A DNA stretch of 64,000 nt from Tubulanus polymorphus (Eukaryota; Animalia; Nemertea), in contig NC_134027.1 in the NCBI RefSeq assembly GCF_964204645.1, positions 21,786,560-21,850,559 of the forward strand. The letters are read 5' to 3'. The first letter of the stretch is position 1, and each line of letters opens with the position of its first letter. The notes under the pieces are model-generated. The model did no database searches. It saw nothing but the letters and a program-made list of their open reading frames with translations, and had not been told where the DNA came from. The position numbers and the translations under genes were made by a program. Shown here one piece after another: positions 38,730 through 51,009 of the stretch.

Positions 38730-41700
38730 CTATTGCCGAGAAAATGTCCGCGTGAAGTATGTGCGTGTTTTACGTTTCCTACCACCGAGAGTGTACGTCC
38801 GAAAGAAGCTATCTAACAACTCTCGAGATACGTATTTCTCTTTAACCCATTCAGGCTTAGCTCCGTTGGCCCATTTGACCAAACAAATTCTACCATTCAT
38901 GCCATTGTATTTTACTTTCAAAATCCTGTCAACCGGATAGAGCGTCGGATCATCAGCCGTTCGGGCGAAACCACAGCTCGCGGCAGTATGCGCTCTTGGG
39001 TTGCCTTTAGCCATGCTCCTAGTAATCACACCAGACTTTTGCGGCATCGTAGCGTGATTGCTGGCGTCAGTATTCTGGTTAACTTTCTTTGCTGGTATGT
39101 TGCTGCCTGCAACTGAACTTTTGCTGCCAGATGTATTTCTTGCATCATTTGTTGTCAGTTCCACCTTAGCTGTACGCGGACCGTTAGCGACCTCCTTGTC
39201 CGGATGGCGGGGACGATTTGTGTCACTGGCCATTGGTTGTGGGGAAACTTGAATACCATGATTAGATTGTTGTGGGGAACTTTCGTCTAATGAGCTTGGC
39301 TGCGATTGAGGTCCTGATGCCTGACCGATTGTATCGTCCTCTTTTCTTCGAACATAAGGAATCATACGATAAGCATTAACCGCAGACGTCAAGATTTTGT
39401 TATTTACCGACCGAAGGAAATATGTGTCATTTAGGCCCAATCGTACTACTGTGTAAGGACCATTGTACTTATCGCTGAGCTTTCTAGACTTACCAACCGG
39501 CACAGCCTCATTGGTGACCCATACTTCGTCACCGATCTTAAACAAGGGATGTTTAGCTGCCTTATCGTACGAGCGCTTATTCTTGGCCTGCATCGCTTGG
39601 TTTCGTTTAGTGACGATTTCCTTTACAATTGAAAGCTTCTTTTGCACATCGTCTATATGGTTAGCAACAGGTTTAGGGAGATTCTCAGTAGGTGTGAGAA
39701 CTGTATTTAGCGGGAGAGGCATTTCTTTAGCAAACAAAACATGGAATGGGGAAAACCCAGTTGATTCGCATGGAGAGGCCCTGATGGCCATTAAAACGCT
39801 TGGTAGAATTTCAGCCCAGTTAGACTGTTGTTCATTAATGTAACAACGCAACATCTGCGCAAGTGTTCTATTCTGACGTTCGACAGTTGCATTTGTCTGA
39901 GGATGGTAGCTGGATGTTGAATGACGCTTTACCTTGAATATCTCACACAAAGACGACACCAATGCACTAAGAAATGACCTGCCACGATCCGATATCAGAG
40001 AGCGCGGGGCACCATACCTAGAGAAGATTTCATTGTAGAGAACTCTAGCGACCTCACTGGCTTCTTGTGTCTTCAAGGAAAATCCTTCAATCCATCTAGA
40101 GTAACTGTCTACTACTAAAAGAACGTGTTTCTCGCCTGTATTAGATGCAGGCAATGGACCCAAAAAGTCAATGTGCCAGCGGTGGAAAGTGTCTGATATA
40201 GGCATGTTAGTTAAAGCAGGGCGTTGGCGTTTAGCCGTGGATTTGGCCTGGATACACGTAGTACATGATTCTATGTAATGATGTATATCTTTGTACATGG
40301 TCTTCCACCAATATTTAGTGCGTACCATGTCATGCGTCTTTTTAATGCCTTTATGGCCACCGCCTGCTAGACAGTCATGGTAAGCTGAGAGAATGTCTTT
40401 ACGAAGGTGTTTGGGTACTACCAGCTGTTCGATAGGGAAGTCTTTATAACGATTGAACTCTTTGTATAGTAAGCCGTCATGAATGTGGAATAAATCCTGT
40501 TGACGTGTAATGTTGCGGGCTAAACTATCATCCTCGGGAAGTATGCCATTCTCCAAATAGTCGATCCAAGGAGAGCATTCGTCACATGACCTCTGAGCCG
40601 ATCGAAAGTCGATATCCTCTATAGGGCAAACGATGGGGGAATCCTCCTCCACTTCGCACTGATATAAGAATTCGGCCTCGAGTAGCTCAGGAGTAGATGT
40701 CGACGCGATCTCGCATGGCGAAGGAAAATCATCATGATCATCCTCAACATCCGGGTCCTTATAAACTCTACGAGAAATAGCGTCCGCATTTGAGTTCTTA
40801 TTGCCCTCACGATAAACGATTTCCATTTGAAAAGGTTGGAGCTTCGCCGCCCAGCGGCCAACCCGACTGTTAGTTTCTTTCAGTTTTTCCATATAGACAA
40901 GAGATTTGTGATCGCTGAAGACTTTGAATTTATTCATTAATAGGTATTCCCTATATGAATCACAGCCTACGACGATCGCAAAACACTCTTTGTCTCTTAT
41001 ATCCCAACGTTTCTGGGTCGCAGTTAATGCGTTTCCACCATAACAAATGACTCTTTCACGACCTTGGTCATCAAATTGTCCCAGTATGTAAGAAATTGCT
41101 GAATTGCTAGCATCGACACTTAGAAAGAATTCCTTAGTGTTGTCCGGGTAACATAGAATTGGAGGAGAGACCAAAATTTCCTTCAATGAATCAAAGGCCT
41201 TTTGATGTGTATCTGTCCAAACAAATTCCGTATCCTTCCTTAGGAGGGGAGTTAAGTCTGAAGCAATGGAGGCATAGGACTTAACAAAACGCCTGTAAAA
41301 GCCTGTTAGACCTAGAAAAGATTTCAAGTCGCGCTGATTCTTGGGGACTGGAAAGGTGTTGATAGCTTCACACTTAGCAGGATCAGCCTCAACTCCATCT
41401 TTAGAGAAAATATAGCCGAGATACGGTACTCTATCCATTGCAAACTTACACTTAGAAGGTTTTAGCGTCATGTTGACAATACGCAGTCGATCAAAGACAA
41501 GTCTTAAATGTTTCATGTGGTCATCAAAGTTCTTTGAGTATATCAGGATATCGTCCATGTAAACTAGACAGAAAGACCAATGAAACCCTCTCAAAACTTC
41601 ATTCATGGTTAACTGAAATGTCGCTGGACTATTCTTCAACCCGAAAGGAAGACGCTTGAACATGTAAGCTCCATTTTGCGTTACGAATGTAGTTTTGTGC

Positions 41701-43066
41701 ATAGTTTCTGGATCAAGTCTTATTTGCCAGAAACCGCTAGTCATGTCAAGACAAGTAAATAGGGAAGCATTCGATTCTGCAATAGAAGAAATCACGTCTG
41801 AAATTTTTGGCAAAGGAAAAGACGTAGCTTTTGTAATTTTGTTCAAGGCTCTGTAATCAACAGCAAATCTGTACTCTCCAGACTTTTTCTTTACCATGAT
41901 AACCGGTGATTGAAAGGGGGAATTAGACGGAGTGATTATGTCATTCTTGAGCATATCTTCTACCTGTCTATCTTGCTCGGCCCTGATGGGAGGTGGATGA
42001 CGATAAGCACGCTGAGTACATGGTGGATTATCACCTGTTTCAATCTTATGGGTATGCATGTTTGTATATCCTAACTCAGAAAGATTGGTGGAAAATCTAT
42101 CCCTGTATTCCGTCAACAAGTCTTTTAGAGCTGATTTTTGTTCGTCACTAAGAGCACAAGCAGATAAGTCAAATCTAGTGGTTGAGAATCGGACGCCTCA
42201 GGTTCTGGTGCAAATTTAGCTACGTCACCCATATCGTGATCTGCTTTGGCTAGAGACGCCACTGGCGCTTGGTCAAGATCGTCACTCATTTCAACAATTG
42301 GAGCGGATTCATCTAATTGAGCCAAATTAGCAAGTGCTGTACCCCGAGCAATAGTAATTGCTTTCTTTGTAGGATTAATCAACCTCAAACGAGCTAAGCC
42401 ATCAGTGACCTTAACCAAACACCTTGCGGCAGTGAAATTCCTGTTTGTAAGTTCAGGTCTTGGCGACAATAGGACAGTCGTGTCATTTAAGTACTTGGGC
42501 AGGGATACCGGTACATCAACCTCACAACGTGGCCTAAGGGTGACTTTTCTATAAGCGTTAGCCGTAGGGCTAACAACAGTTATAGGGAGGACATGGGTAT
42601 CCTGTTCTTGTCCTATAAGAAGGCATTTGTGTTTGAAATGTATCTTAGCGTCTTTCTGTTCCATAAAATCCAATCCCAATATAAGATTCTGATGTAGGTG
42701 TTCGAAAACATGGAATTTGTGAGTAAGTTGTTCTTTCATGCCTGGGAATGTGAGTGGTATATCTATTACCCCAGAGACGGGTATTGTACTGCCGCTAACA
42801 CCTATGACATTTTTAATATTGGCGGGTCTAATTGGCGCGTTTTCGAATTTTGATTTGTTCAATAGATTCCTAGATATGCAACTTATGCTGGCACCACTGT
42901 CAATAAGGGCTTTAGCTTTACAATTTCCTATATACACAATTGTGGTATTCTTTTCTAAGTAGGCAACCAAAGAGATACTTTCTTGGTCTCTGTTATCATT
43001 TAAGTCATTGTCGCCTACTTCTATTTTGTGCCCGTCGCAAGAAGTATCTTGGACAGGCGCGCTATC
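38730..43066 (-). CDS. pol: Gypsy Pol (protease, RT, RNase H, integrase, chromodomain-like tail); 1-nt frameshift near 42172
   Basis: ALIDSGAS, YMDDILI, DAS, H..H/C..C zinc finger, HIDF..SDRG..VER and GPY motifs. Adding one T at CTAGATTTGAC restores LDFDLSACALSDEQKSALKDLL. Confidence 0.92.
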
Positions 43067-44218
43067 CTAGTATGGACGCGGTTTCTTACAAGCATTGAAA
43101 TTGTGGCCAATTTTATAACACGCTGGACATGTGGCATTTCGTGCTGGGCAGTCACCTCTCGTACGGCAATTCCCTGTACAAAAATAGCACTTACCATCTT
43201 TATCTTTTAAAACTGGCGCATTCAAATCCTGATTATCTCGCCGATGTCGCGACTGCTGCTGTGGGTAGCTTCTCTGCTGTTGCTGGCCGTTCCTCTGCTG
43301 CTGTGGGTAGTTTCTCTGCTGCTGTGGGTAGTCACGTGTCCTGTAGTGTGGTCGTGAGTCATGCACGTACTGGTCATTATTATAGTAGTTTCGTTGTGGT
43401 TGTTGTAGTCTTGCTTCCATCTGCTGAAATCGGCGATCATATTCTTGCCTTGATTCTCGTCCTTCTTCACGTATCGCGCAAATTTGAGCGTAGATATCGC
43501 GCATATCTACCTCAGATGTCTCGGGAGTTGTTGATGCTACAAGAGTATTGCTCTGAGCAAACGTTGCTTCGAGCCGCATGGCTTTCGCACGTAAGGCCAA
43601 CAAATCGGTCGGCAAGTCCACCGCTAAGATAGGTTTGTACTTGTCATGTAGGCCGTTTATTGCCATCTGCACGACAGCTTGCCTTGCCAGCGAGGAGACA
43701 GTCGAGGCAACCTCCACGCGATCGAGGTATTCCTTTATTGATTCGTTCGGCCTCTGCTTTATACCGGTTAATAAAATGTCTGTTGTGGGCCGATATCGGG
43801 TACGCAGGGCTTCTTTCAGCATCGAAATGTTATTATGATCACATGGTGACATAGAGTCTAAGAGTAATTGTTCTATATTGTCACCCAAACTATTCAGAAA
43901 TGCATTTAATTTTTCTCTGTCTGCATAACATTCGGTTATGCGTTCGAACTGGCGTATCCAGCTGTCAGTGTTTCTCTTTCCATCAAACTTTTCCAGTTTG
44001 GGGTTATAACGCGCAGTTGCTGGCGACTGATTGTTCGTGGTCATACCTGTTGATTCTGATGACTCAGGTAGCGGATCCAGCACCTGGACTGGAACTGCGT
44101 TGCCGGTGTCTGAATTTTGTTGATTCACTTGCTTTTGTTGCGTTACGACTGTTCTGGGTCTCAGGTCTCTGCTGCTGCCGTTGCTTGCAGACTGGGTCGA
44201 ATTTCCTGTTACAGGCAT
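43067..44218 (-). CDS. gag: Gypsy Gag
   Basis: KFDGK..W..FE and Q...ESI..Y motifs, Gln-rich repeats, and zinc knuckles CYFCTGNCRTRGDC and CPACYKIGHNFNAC. Confidence 0.9.
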   Translation of the reverse strand: MPVTGNSTQSASNGSSRDLRPRTVVTQQKQVNQQNSDTGNAVPVQVLDPLPESSESTGMTTNNQSPATARYNPKLEKFDGKRNTDSWIRQFERITECYADREKLNAFLNSLGDNIEQLLLDSMSPCDHNNISMLKEALRTRYRPTTDILLTGIKQRPNESIKEYLDRVEVASTVSSLARQAVVQMAINGLHDKYKPILAVDLPTDLLALRAKAMRLEATFAQSNTLVASTTPETSEVDMRDIYAQICAIREEGRESRQEYDRRFQQMEARLQQPQRNYYNNDQYVHDSRPHYRTRDYPQQQRNYPQQQRNGQQQQRSYPQQQSRHRRDNQDLNAPVLKDKDGKCYFCTGNCRTRGDCPARNATCPACYKIGHNFNACKKPRPY

Positions 44219-44243
44219 TGGATCGAGCTTGTTCTCCACCAAC

Positions 44244-44524
44244 TGTAGTGTTGTGTATATTACCACAATAAACTACGTTATAGCGATCCTGAAATTTGAT
44301 TGAAGACAAACCAATGAATATGTAGTTGATATCTTTATTCAACGAGAGCATGAGCAGGAATGACAAGTTTTCAAGAAGTATTAAGTAAGAAATGTGATTA
44401 TGCAATAATTAATTATCATATGAAAATTAAGAATTAGAAAATATGATTATGAAATAATTATAATAACAGTTTCGTATTTCAGCAATGAAGATAACCAATA
44501 ATAATAATAATGATAATAATAATG

Positions 44525-44562
<38 letters not shown>

Positions 44563-45476
44563 TATTATTATTATTATTCTAGTACGATTATAAATATTTA
44601 CATGACACTAGTGTTTAGATTGGTACTATAGATATGCGCTTTAATCATTTATATTTCCCTTTTCAATTAATTCTATAAATTTCTATATATCTATATTCAT
44701 TATTCTAGATAGTAGATAATCTTGTTATTTTATATAGATTACACTAATAAAGATTAAGCTAATTTAGATAGCTAGCTTTGACAGAAGATCGGGAAGGATA
44801 TTGTGTGAAAATAATTGTTTCTCAAATCTAATGGAAACTAGCTAAAAGCTAATTGAAAGTCTGAGATTAGAATTTAAAATCTAATATAAATCCTAGAATA
44901 ATTATTATTAAGAAAAGGCCTAAAGAGTCTAAAAATATAGCAGAATCTGAGTATGGCTTACCTGAAATTTGATTGAAGACAAACCAATGAATATGTAGTT
45001 GATATCTTTATTCAACGAGAGCATGAGCAGGAATGACCAAGCCAGGCCTGAGCTGGACATCCTTGACTCAAGCTCCACCCCAAACAAGCTCGGGGTCGGG
45101 GGCACATATCATTGGCTGATTAGCCACCAGACTCACAAATCTGACAGCTGACCTCGGTAAACAACACTCAACAAACAGGGAGCGAGGGATTTAATTATTG
45201 ATTGTCTTCAAAGTCAGGCTTGGTTAATCTTTAGATTTTTAGAGACGAATGGCATGTAAACATCCTGACACTAAACCCATAACAAAGGCGTGTCTGCCAT
45301 ATTGCATAAAGATATTAATAGAATTTGGAATAAAACTAAATTTGGAGACTAAAAAAATGAATTTGATTTGAGAATGAATATGATATTTGTAATCTTTAGA
45401 TTTTGCAGAATATTTCTATATCTATTGTGACACTATTTCGATAAAGAAGAATTTTGAAAAAAAGCAGAACACTATA
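44244..45476 (-). repeat. 5' LTR
   Basis: Followed on the minus strand by PBS TGGTGGAGAA. Confidence 0.95.
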
Positions 45477-45989
45477 ACACTAAAACACACTAACACACTC
45501 TAGATATTGGTAGGTTGGTAACGAAGCAGTTGGTAGCATAGGGGTCTGGTCGGTTGTAGTTTGATCTGTGTGCATTTTTGGCCAGCATACAGATCACAGC
45601 ACATTGTCAGCCAATTTGGCAGGTGATATTCTGCCTAATGCGTTAGCGTGTAACAAAATACATGTAGTGTTAACAATTCATGCTGATGCACCGAGGCGTG
45701 CGACTTCGAAAATCACAGAAAAGTGTGGAGAAAAGAGTTAGAAAAAATAAAGCGGACAGTGCAACATTCAAACCAGGGCCAGCAAGTTACAAGCGCAGTA
45801 AGTTTCAATTAGACCACCGAGACTCATAGAGTCCAGATTGATTGAATTGCTTTTTTCTAAGACTAAATGGTTGACAAACCATAAAGTATGATTAATCTTT
45901 GAACATTTAAGAGAATTAGTGATTATCAAATCATAAACAATATATAACTAATTGAAACTAAAGATATAATTTAATTGCTTCCATAGAAA

Positions 45990-47200
45990 ACCGTTCGGGT
46001 CCTCTCACGCCATATTGGCTGCAGAGCATTTGGGGCCTGACACGCCATGTAAAAGACAGCGTGATTTTAGGTGCTTAACAGTATTTGCTTTTTTCTAAGA
46101 CTAAATGATTGACAGACCATGTAGAATGATAAATCTTTGAACATTTAAGACAATTAATGACAATTATTCATTTGTTTGTAGGGAAAACCGTTCGGGTCCT
46201 CTCACGCCATGTCTCAATTGAAGCATTCTGCAGAACATTGGGGCCTGACACGCCATGTACAGCGTGATTTTAGGTGCTTTATGTAACAGTATTTGCTTGT
46301 CAAGACTAAATGCTTGAATGATTAATGTTTGAACAGTTCAGAAAATTAGTGACAATTATTCATTTGTTTTTACGGAAACCCGATCAATTGGGTCCTCTCA
46401 CGCCATGTTTCAATTGAAGCTATTCTGCAGACCGTTTGGGGCTTTGACACGCCATCTTGGCTGCAGAATATTTGGGGCCTGACACGCCATGTAGAAGACA
46501 GCATGATTTTAGAACAGTTTTTTTAACAGTATTGCTTTTTTTCTAAGACTAAATTATTGACAAACCATGTTTCAATTATTGAAGCTATTCTGCAGACAAT
46601 TTGGGGCTTGACACGCCATATTGGCTGCAGAACATTTGGGGCCTTACACGCCATGTAGAAAGCTTAGCGATTTTAGGAGCCATATTGACTGCAGATCACA
46701 CTAGATTGGAGCCTGGCTCACCATATATGTTTTTCTAACATTAACTATGTTCTTCTAAGACTAATTGATCAACAAATCATGTGAAATAGATGAATGATTC
46801 ATTTAAATATAAGATAGTTAATTAAAATTTTTATTCTGTAAAACTCATTCAATTTTCCTGTTCCATCAGATTCTTACAAAATATGAAATTCAAATAAAGT
46901 TTGATTCAAACATCACTCGTTATAAGTTATTGATTAAAAGTAATCTTCTGAATCAAATCATTTTCATATATGCGATGTAATATGTAGTTCTTATTATGTA
47001 TATATAGTATGTTGTAAATCATCTATGACAAATAAATATCCAATCGAATATTTCAACTTCGGAAGAAAAACCCGCGAGACGTAGTCGACATTTCATCTCC
47101 TGCATAGGATTTGATTTTCATTTTATGTTTACCACATGGCGTGTCAAGCCCCAATATGGCGTGACAAGCCTCGGGGCTTGTGACGCCATATGCAGCAGGT
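45990..47200. repeat. Array of ggggcctgacacgccat motifs with an inverted cluster at the right end
   Basis: About ten direct copies in 45990-46720; reverse copies (catggcgtgtcaagcccc) at 47135-47170. Confidence 0.7.
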
Positions 47201-47229
47201 CTTAAGATTGCCTTAGATGTTGAATTGAC

Positions 47230-47655
47230 AACCTACCACCTACAACCCTTCATTATTCTTACAAAACCAAACGTTCCGCACTGACAACAAATTAGTAAAA
47301 TAGGACGTCTAAAAATATCTAGAAATAGCCAGAAGTTTAACTAATCTCATTCTATCTTACAATTGTGATTGCTATTGATCTGTTTTTAAACTCCTTGTTT
47401 CATCTGCAATTCAGTTCACTAAAAATTTTTATGTAACTATGTTTTTTGACCGCTGTACACTCAATCGGGACACTAGTTCCTCACTAGCTTCACTGCGTCA
47501 TTAACTTTGCCATATCACATCATATAGTTATAATGCCTTGAAACCCTAAGCGCTGAAATAATTGAAATTCATACACATTTGTATCACCAAAATACTGAGC
47601 GAGGTCATATTTTCTCCGCGTAAATCCTGCCCTGGCGTGGGGCCAATACGTCTAG
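47230..47655 (+). mobile_element. Helitron-like element end (second copy)
   Basis: Reverse complement of 26911-27365; ends gccctggcgtggggccaatacgtCTAG. Confidence 0.5.
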
Positions 47656-47859
47656 CTACATCCAATACATAAATACTTTGTTTAAATTTAGCACGGTTAA
47701 TCATACAGATTTTGTTTTTGAAAATGTAAATTGGTTTTCCATTGTTTATGAAACTTTGAACGAAAACAAGGATTTCAATACCTATTCTATGCTGTATTTC
47801 AAAACTTGTCAAACGCTTTAAAATACAATACATCACAAAACCTTTCTTTATACTCTTGA

Positions 47860-48115
47860 TACCCATGTACCCGTAGAATTTATGGGCAGATAACTGGATT
47901 CAATACCGAGCCAGAATCAAGTGCCATTGCCAGAATCTCAAACGAATCAAACAGGTGAAAAATTGAGCTTCCAACACTTTTCAAATATCAATTTTTCAAG
48001 AATGATGTTGAAGTCTAAGTTGGAGCCTAATATAAAGCTATATCGACCCTCGACCTGGATTTCATTTTCTACAGTGACGATACCGGTCTGTACACGTTCG
48101 TCCATATCATCAGTT
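47860..48115 (+). pseudogene. Decayed fourth copy of CBM20-like exon 3
   Basis: gccattgccagaatctcaaacgaatcaaacaggtgaaaaattgag...ggagcctaa...cgacctggatttcattttctacagtga aligns with 6432-6640; Trp codons have become TGA, plus indels. Confidence 0.75.
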
Positions 48116-49124
48116 CCCTGGCATGCATCTCTCTCAAAAACTTCAAAGCTTGTAAAGCCTGCTAGGTTTTTCATTTTGGCAGTCCAATGATTCGGGTCTA
48201 TTCCGGTGGCGTATTCCAGTGACAAAACATATTTGCTGTTTGCAACCAATATCTGAACTTCGGCATTTCGTTTGATTTCTGAACTGTGGTCTTGTCAGTT
48301 TTAATAACTTGATGCTCATAGACCCTTCTGGGTCATTGGCCGCTGACGAGAGCTCTCCATCTGGTGCGGTTCATCACCAGGTCCCCAAAAGTCACAATCT
48401 TCACATTAATTGCAGCTGTTATTACCCTCAAAGCTTTTTAACTATGTAAATGCTTCAATTCTGGTCGTGGCATAACACAACACGTTTATAACCATTTTAG
48501 GTGTTCATGACCCATGGTAGACTTGTAATCGAGTCGACTCCCTGGTATAGGCCAGTTTTGGACAATTATTGTATAAACTAGTTTGGCATACCGGTATGTA
48601 AGATAAATGGAAGATAGTGGCTTCACATTGAGCATTAATGTACACACGAAATGAAACAACAGATATAATGCATCTAGTTTTCCTAGGGGATCTTGGAGTC
48701 TTAATATTGTATTATATACATGGTTACTGCATTGCACAAAGCACTTGAATTATTTTTGGCTAACTTCGAATCCAGAAATATGTAACTGATTTGTAATTGA
48801 TATACTATTACTATTTCTATCATTATATTCTATAAACATCATCAAGGAATAGAATATATTTATTGCCACATCAAACCTTTTTTTATCAAAGGGCCTGAAT
48901 GTGCTAGTGATTGTACAGCCTTAATGGCTCTGTTCAGGTCCCTATCATCAATCTACTTACTATGTCACTTTATTTGCACTTATGTATTCAATTTAATTAA
49001 TTGATGATGAAATAAATTATTATCATTATTATACGTGTATCATTTTTTCAATTAGATAAACCATGAAATAATCACTGAGTGCGAGTGCTGGATTTCTAAA
49101 AGTCGTACATGCAGTTTCAGATCA

Positions 49125-50487
49125 AAATATAGCTGCAAAGCAGTGGTAACAGGTTTTCTGCGTCGTGTGCCATGCATTTATGAAGAAAACTTTTAAAGAA
49201 AATCAAAATGTTGCGTTCAAATCAAACTAGGGGTCCAGGGACACCATGCCCACTTGGGAAGTGTTTTCCAATGCTCAACAATCTAACAATTTCAATGTTC
49301 AACGCCACCTGGTGACCATATACAAAAACCAATGACCTTGAACCTCACCACAATCATAGAACATGTCAGCAGCTATGATTTTGTAATCGATTGTGATAAC
49401 AAAATATGTCTCGTTACCAATTTAATATGGAAATACTAAGTATTCTACTATTCAATGCCCCCTGGTGACCATATTCAAAACCCAATGACCTTAAAACTCA
49501 CCATAATCATAGAACATGTCATAAACTACAACTTTGCAATTGAACATGATAAAAAAATATGTCTCGTTACCAATTTAATATGGAAATACTAAGTATTCTA
49601 CTATTCAACGCCCCCTGGTGACCATATTCAAAACCCAATGACCTTAAAACTCACCATAATCATAGAACATGTCATAACTACAACTTTGCAATTGATCATG
49701 GTAACAAAATATGCCTAGGTACCAATCTAATAAGGAAATACTAAGTTATTCTACTATTCAACGCCCCCTGGTGACCATATAGAATAACTAATGTCCTTAA
49801 AACTCACCACAATCATAGATCATGTCATGAGCAACAACTTTGCAATTAATTATGGTAACAAAATATGCTTGGGTATCAATATAATGTGGAAAAACTTTTT
49901 CCCACCTACCAATGAGTACTGATGATACCAAGATGGCCGCCAATTGCGTCACAATTGGCCGATCAAAAATACCTGGCTCAGGTATAAAACAACCCTTTCC
50001 AAGGAATACCCATCAAAAATTGCAATGAGAAATGTCAAACCAGTAGGAAGCTACAGGACTCAGAATTTGGGCCAAAATTGACATTTTTGGGCACTAAAAA
50101 GGTCATAGGACGGCCATCTTGAGTCCGATCGACCCAATTTTTCTTATGGTGATGGGCCCTGGGGGGATTCAAATATATATGAAAAATCAAGGTAATTGAT
50201 TTAGGCGTCTTCAAAATTTCCCTCAAAAAGTGTAAAAAGTGCTGATTTTGACAAACAACAATGGCTGCCAGTCGGCCATCTTGAATCTGAGAGGGCCAGT
50301 TTTTGGGCTGAAGATGTGTCTAGGGTAGACACATGTATAAACCAAATATCAAGACATTACCTTGAAGCGTCTTCAAAACTTCCCAAAATAACTGGATTCC
50401 GTCTACGGACGGACGGACGGACGAACGGACGGACGAAAAGTGAACGCAATAGCCCGCTGGGACTAAAGTCCCAAGTGGGCTAAAAAC
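49125..50487 (+). mobile_element. Helentron-associated (HINE/pearl-like) element with internal ~153-bp tandem array
   Basis: Four tandem units at ~49290-49870, a (GGAC)n microsatellite at ~50405-50435, and 3' hairpin agcccgctgggactaaagtcccaagtgggct followed by an A-run. Confidence 0.7.
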
Positions 50488-51009
50488 CTCTGCCAACCAA
50501 TATGGCGCTAAAGCACATGGCGGCAAGATCATGAATCTCAAGTTGCTCAAACTTACATGCCGATAATATCAATGTCAACAGTTGATCCGAATAAAACTAG
50601 AAAACAAGCCATGGACAACAACAGTTTTTGGCCTCGGGCTTGAACTCCAAACTTACCATGCATTAGTTCCCGTTGCATTTTGGATATGTTGTATGTAGGG
50701 CCAATAGCTAAATTTTGTCAAGACAACTTTAAATTTCGATCCGATTCCTAAGTAAATGAGATCATCTTCAAGGCCATGTCGCTCAGTTTTTAGTGCCTAG
50801 TTCTGCTGCCAGGTGACCCATACTTTGCACTGCACTACAAGAAGCCCATACCTGCACTACCTTTGTATCCAAGCTTCATCAAGATTGAATCACTAGTAAC
50901 AAAGCTAAGCAGCAGTAAGACAAACGGCAAAGAAACAATATCTAACGAAAGCCTGAGAAGCAGCAACAAAGGTGACACAGTTAAGTAGATAGATATTCTT
51001 TTTTAAAAA

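Larger units (their letters stand above)
36557..45476 (-). mobile_element. Full-length Ty3/Gypsy LTR retrotransposon
   Basis: LTRs 36557-37804 and 44244-45476, apparently identical apart from (AAT)n length. TSD ACAC; PBS TGGTGGAGAA (tRNA-Ala-like); PPT gtaggggagga; order gag-PR-RT-RH-IN. Confidence 0.97.

Noticed and set aside
38752-44271. Plus-strand ORFs within the Gypsy element
   Set aside because: Antisense shadows of gag/pol with no recognisable domains.
26911-47655. Giant transposon bounded by inverted repeats at 26911 and 47655
   Set aside because: The arms are clearly diverged and there is no TSD; two oppositely oriented copies of a dispersed repeat explain it better.
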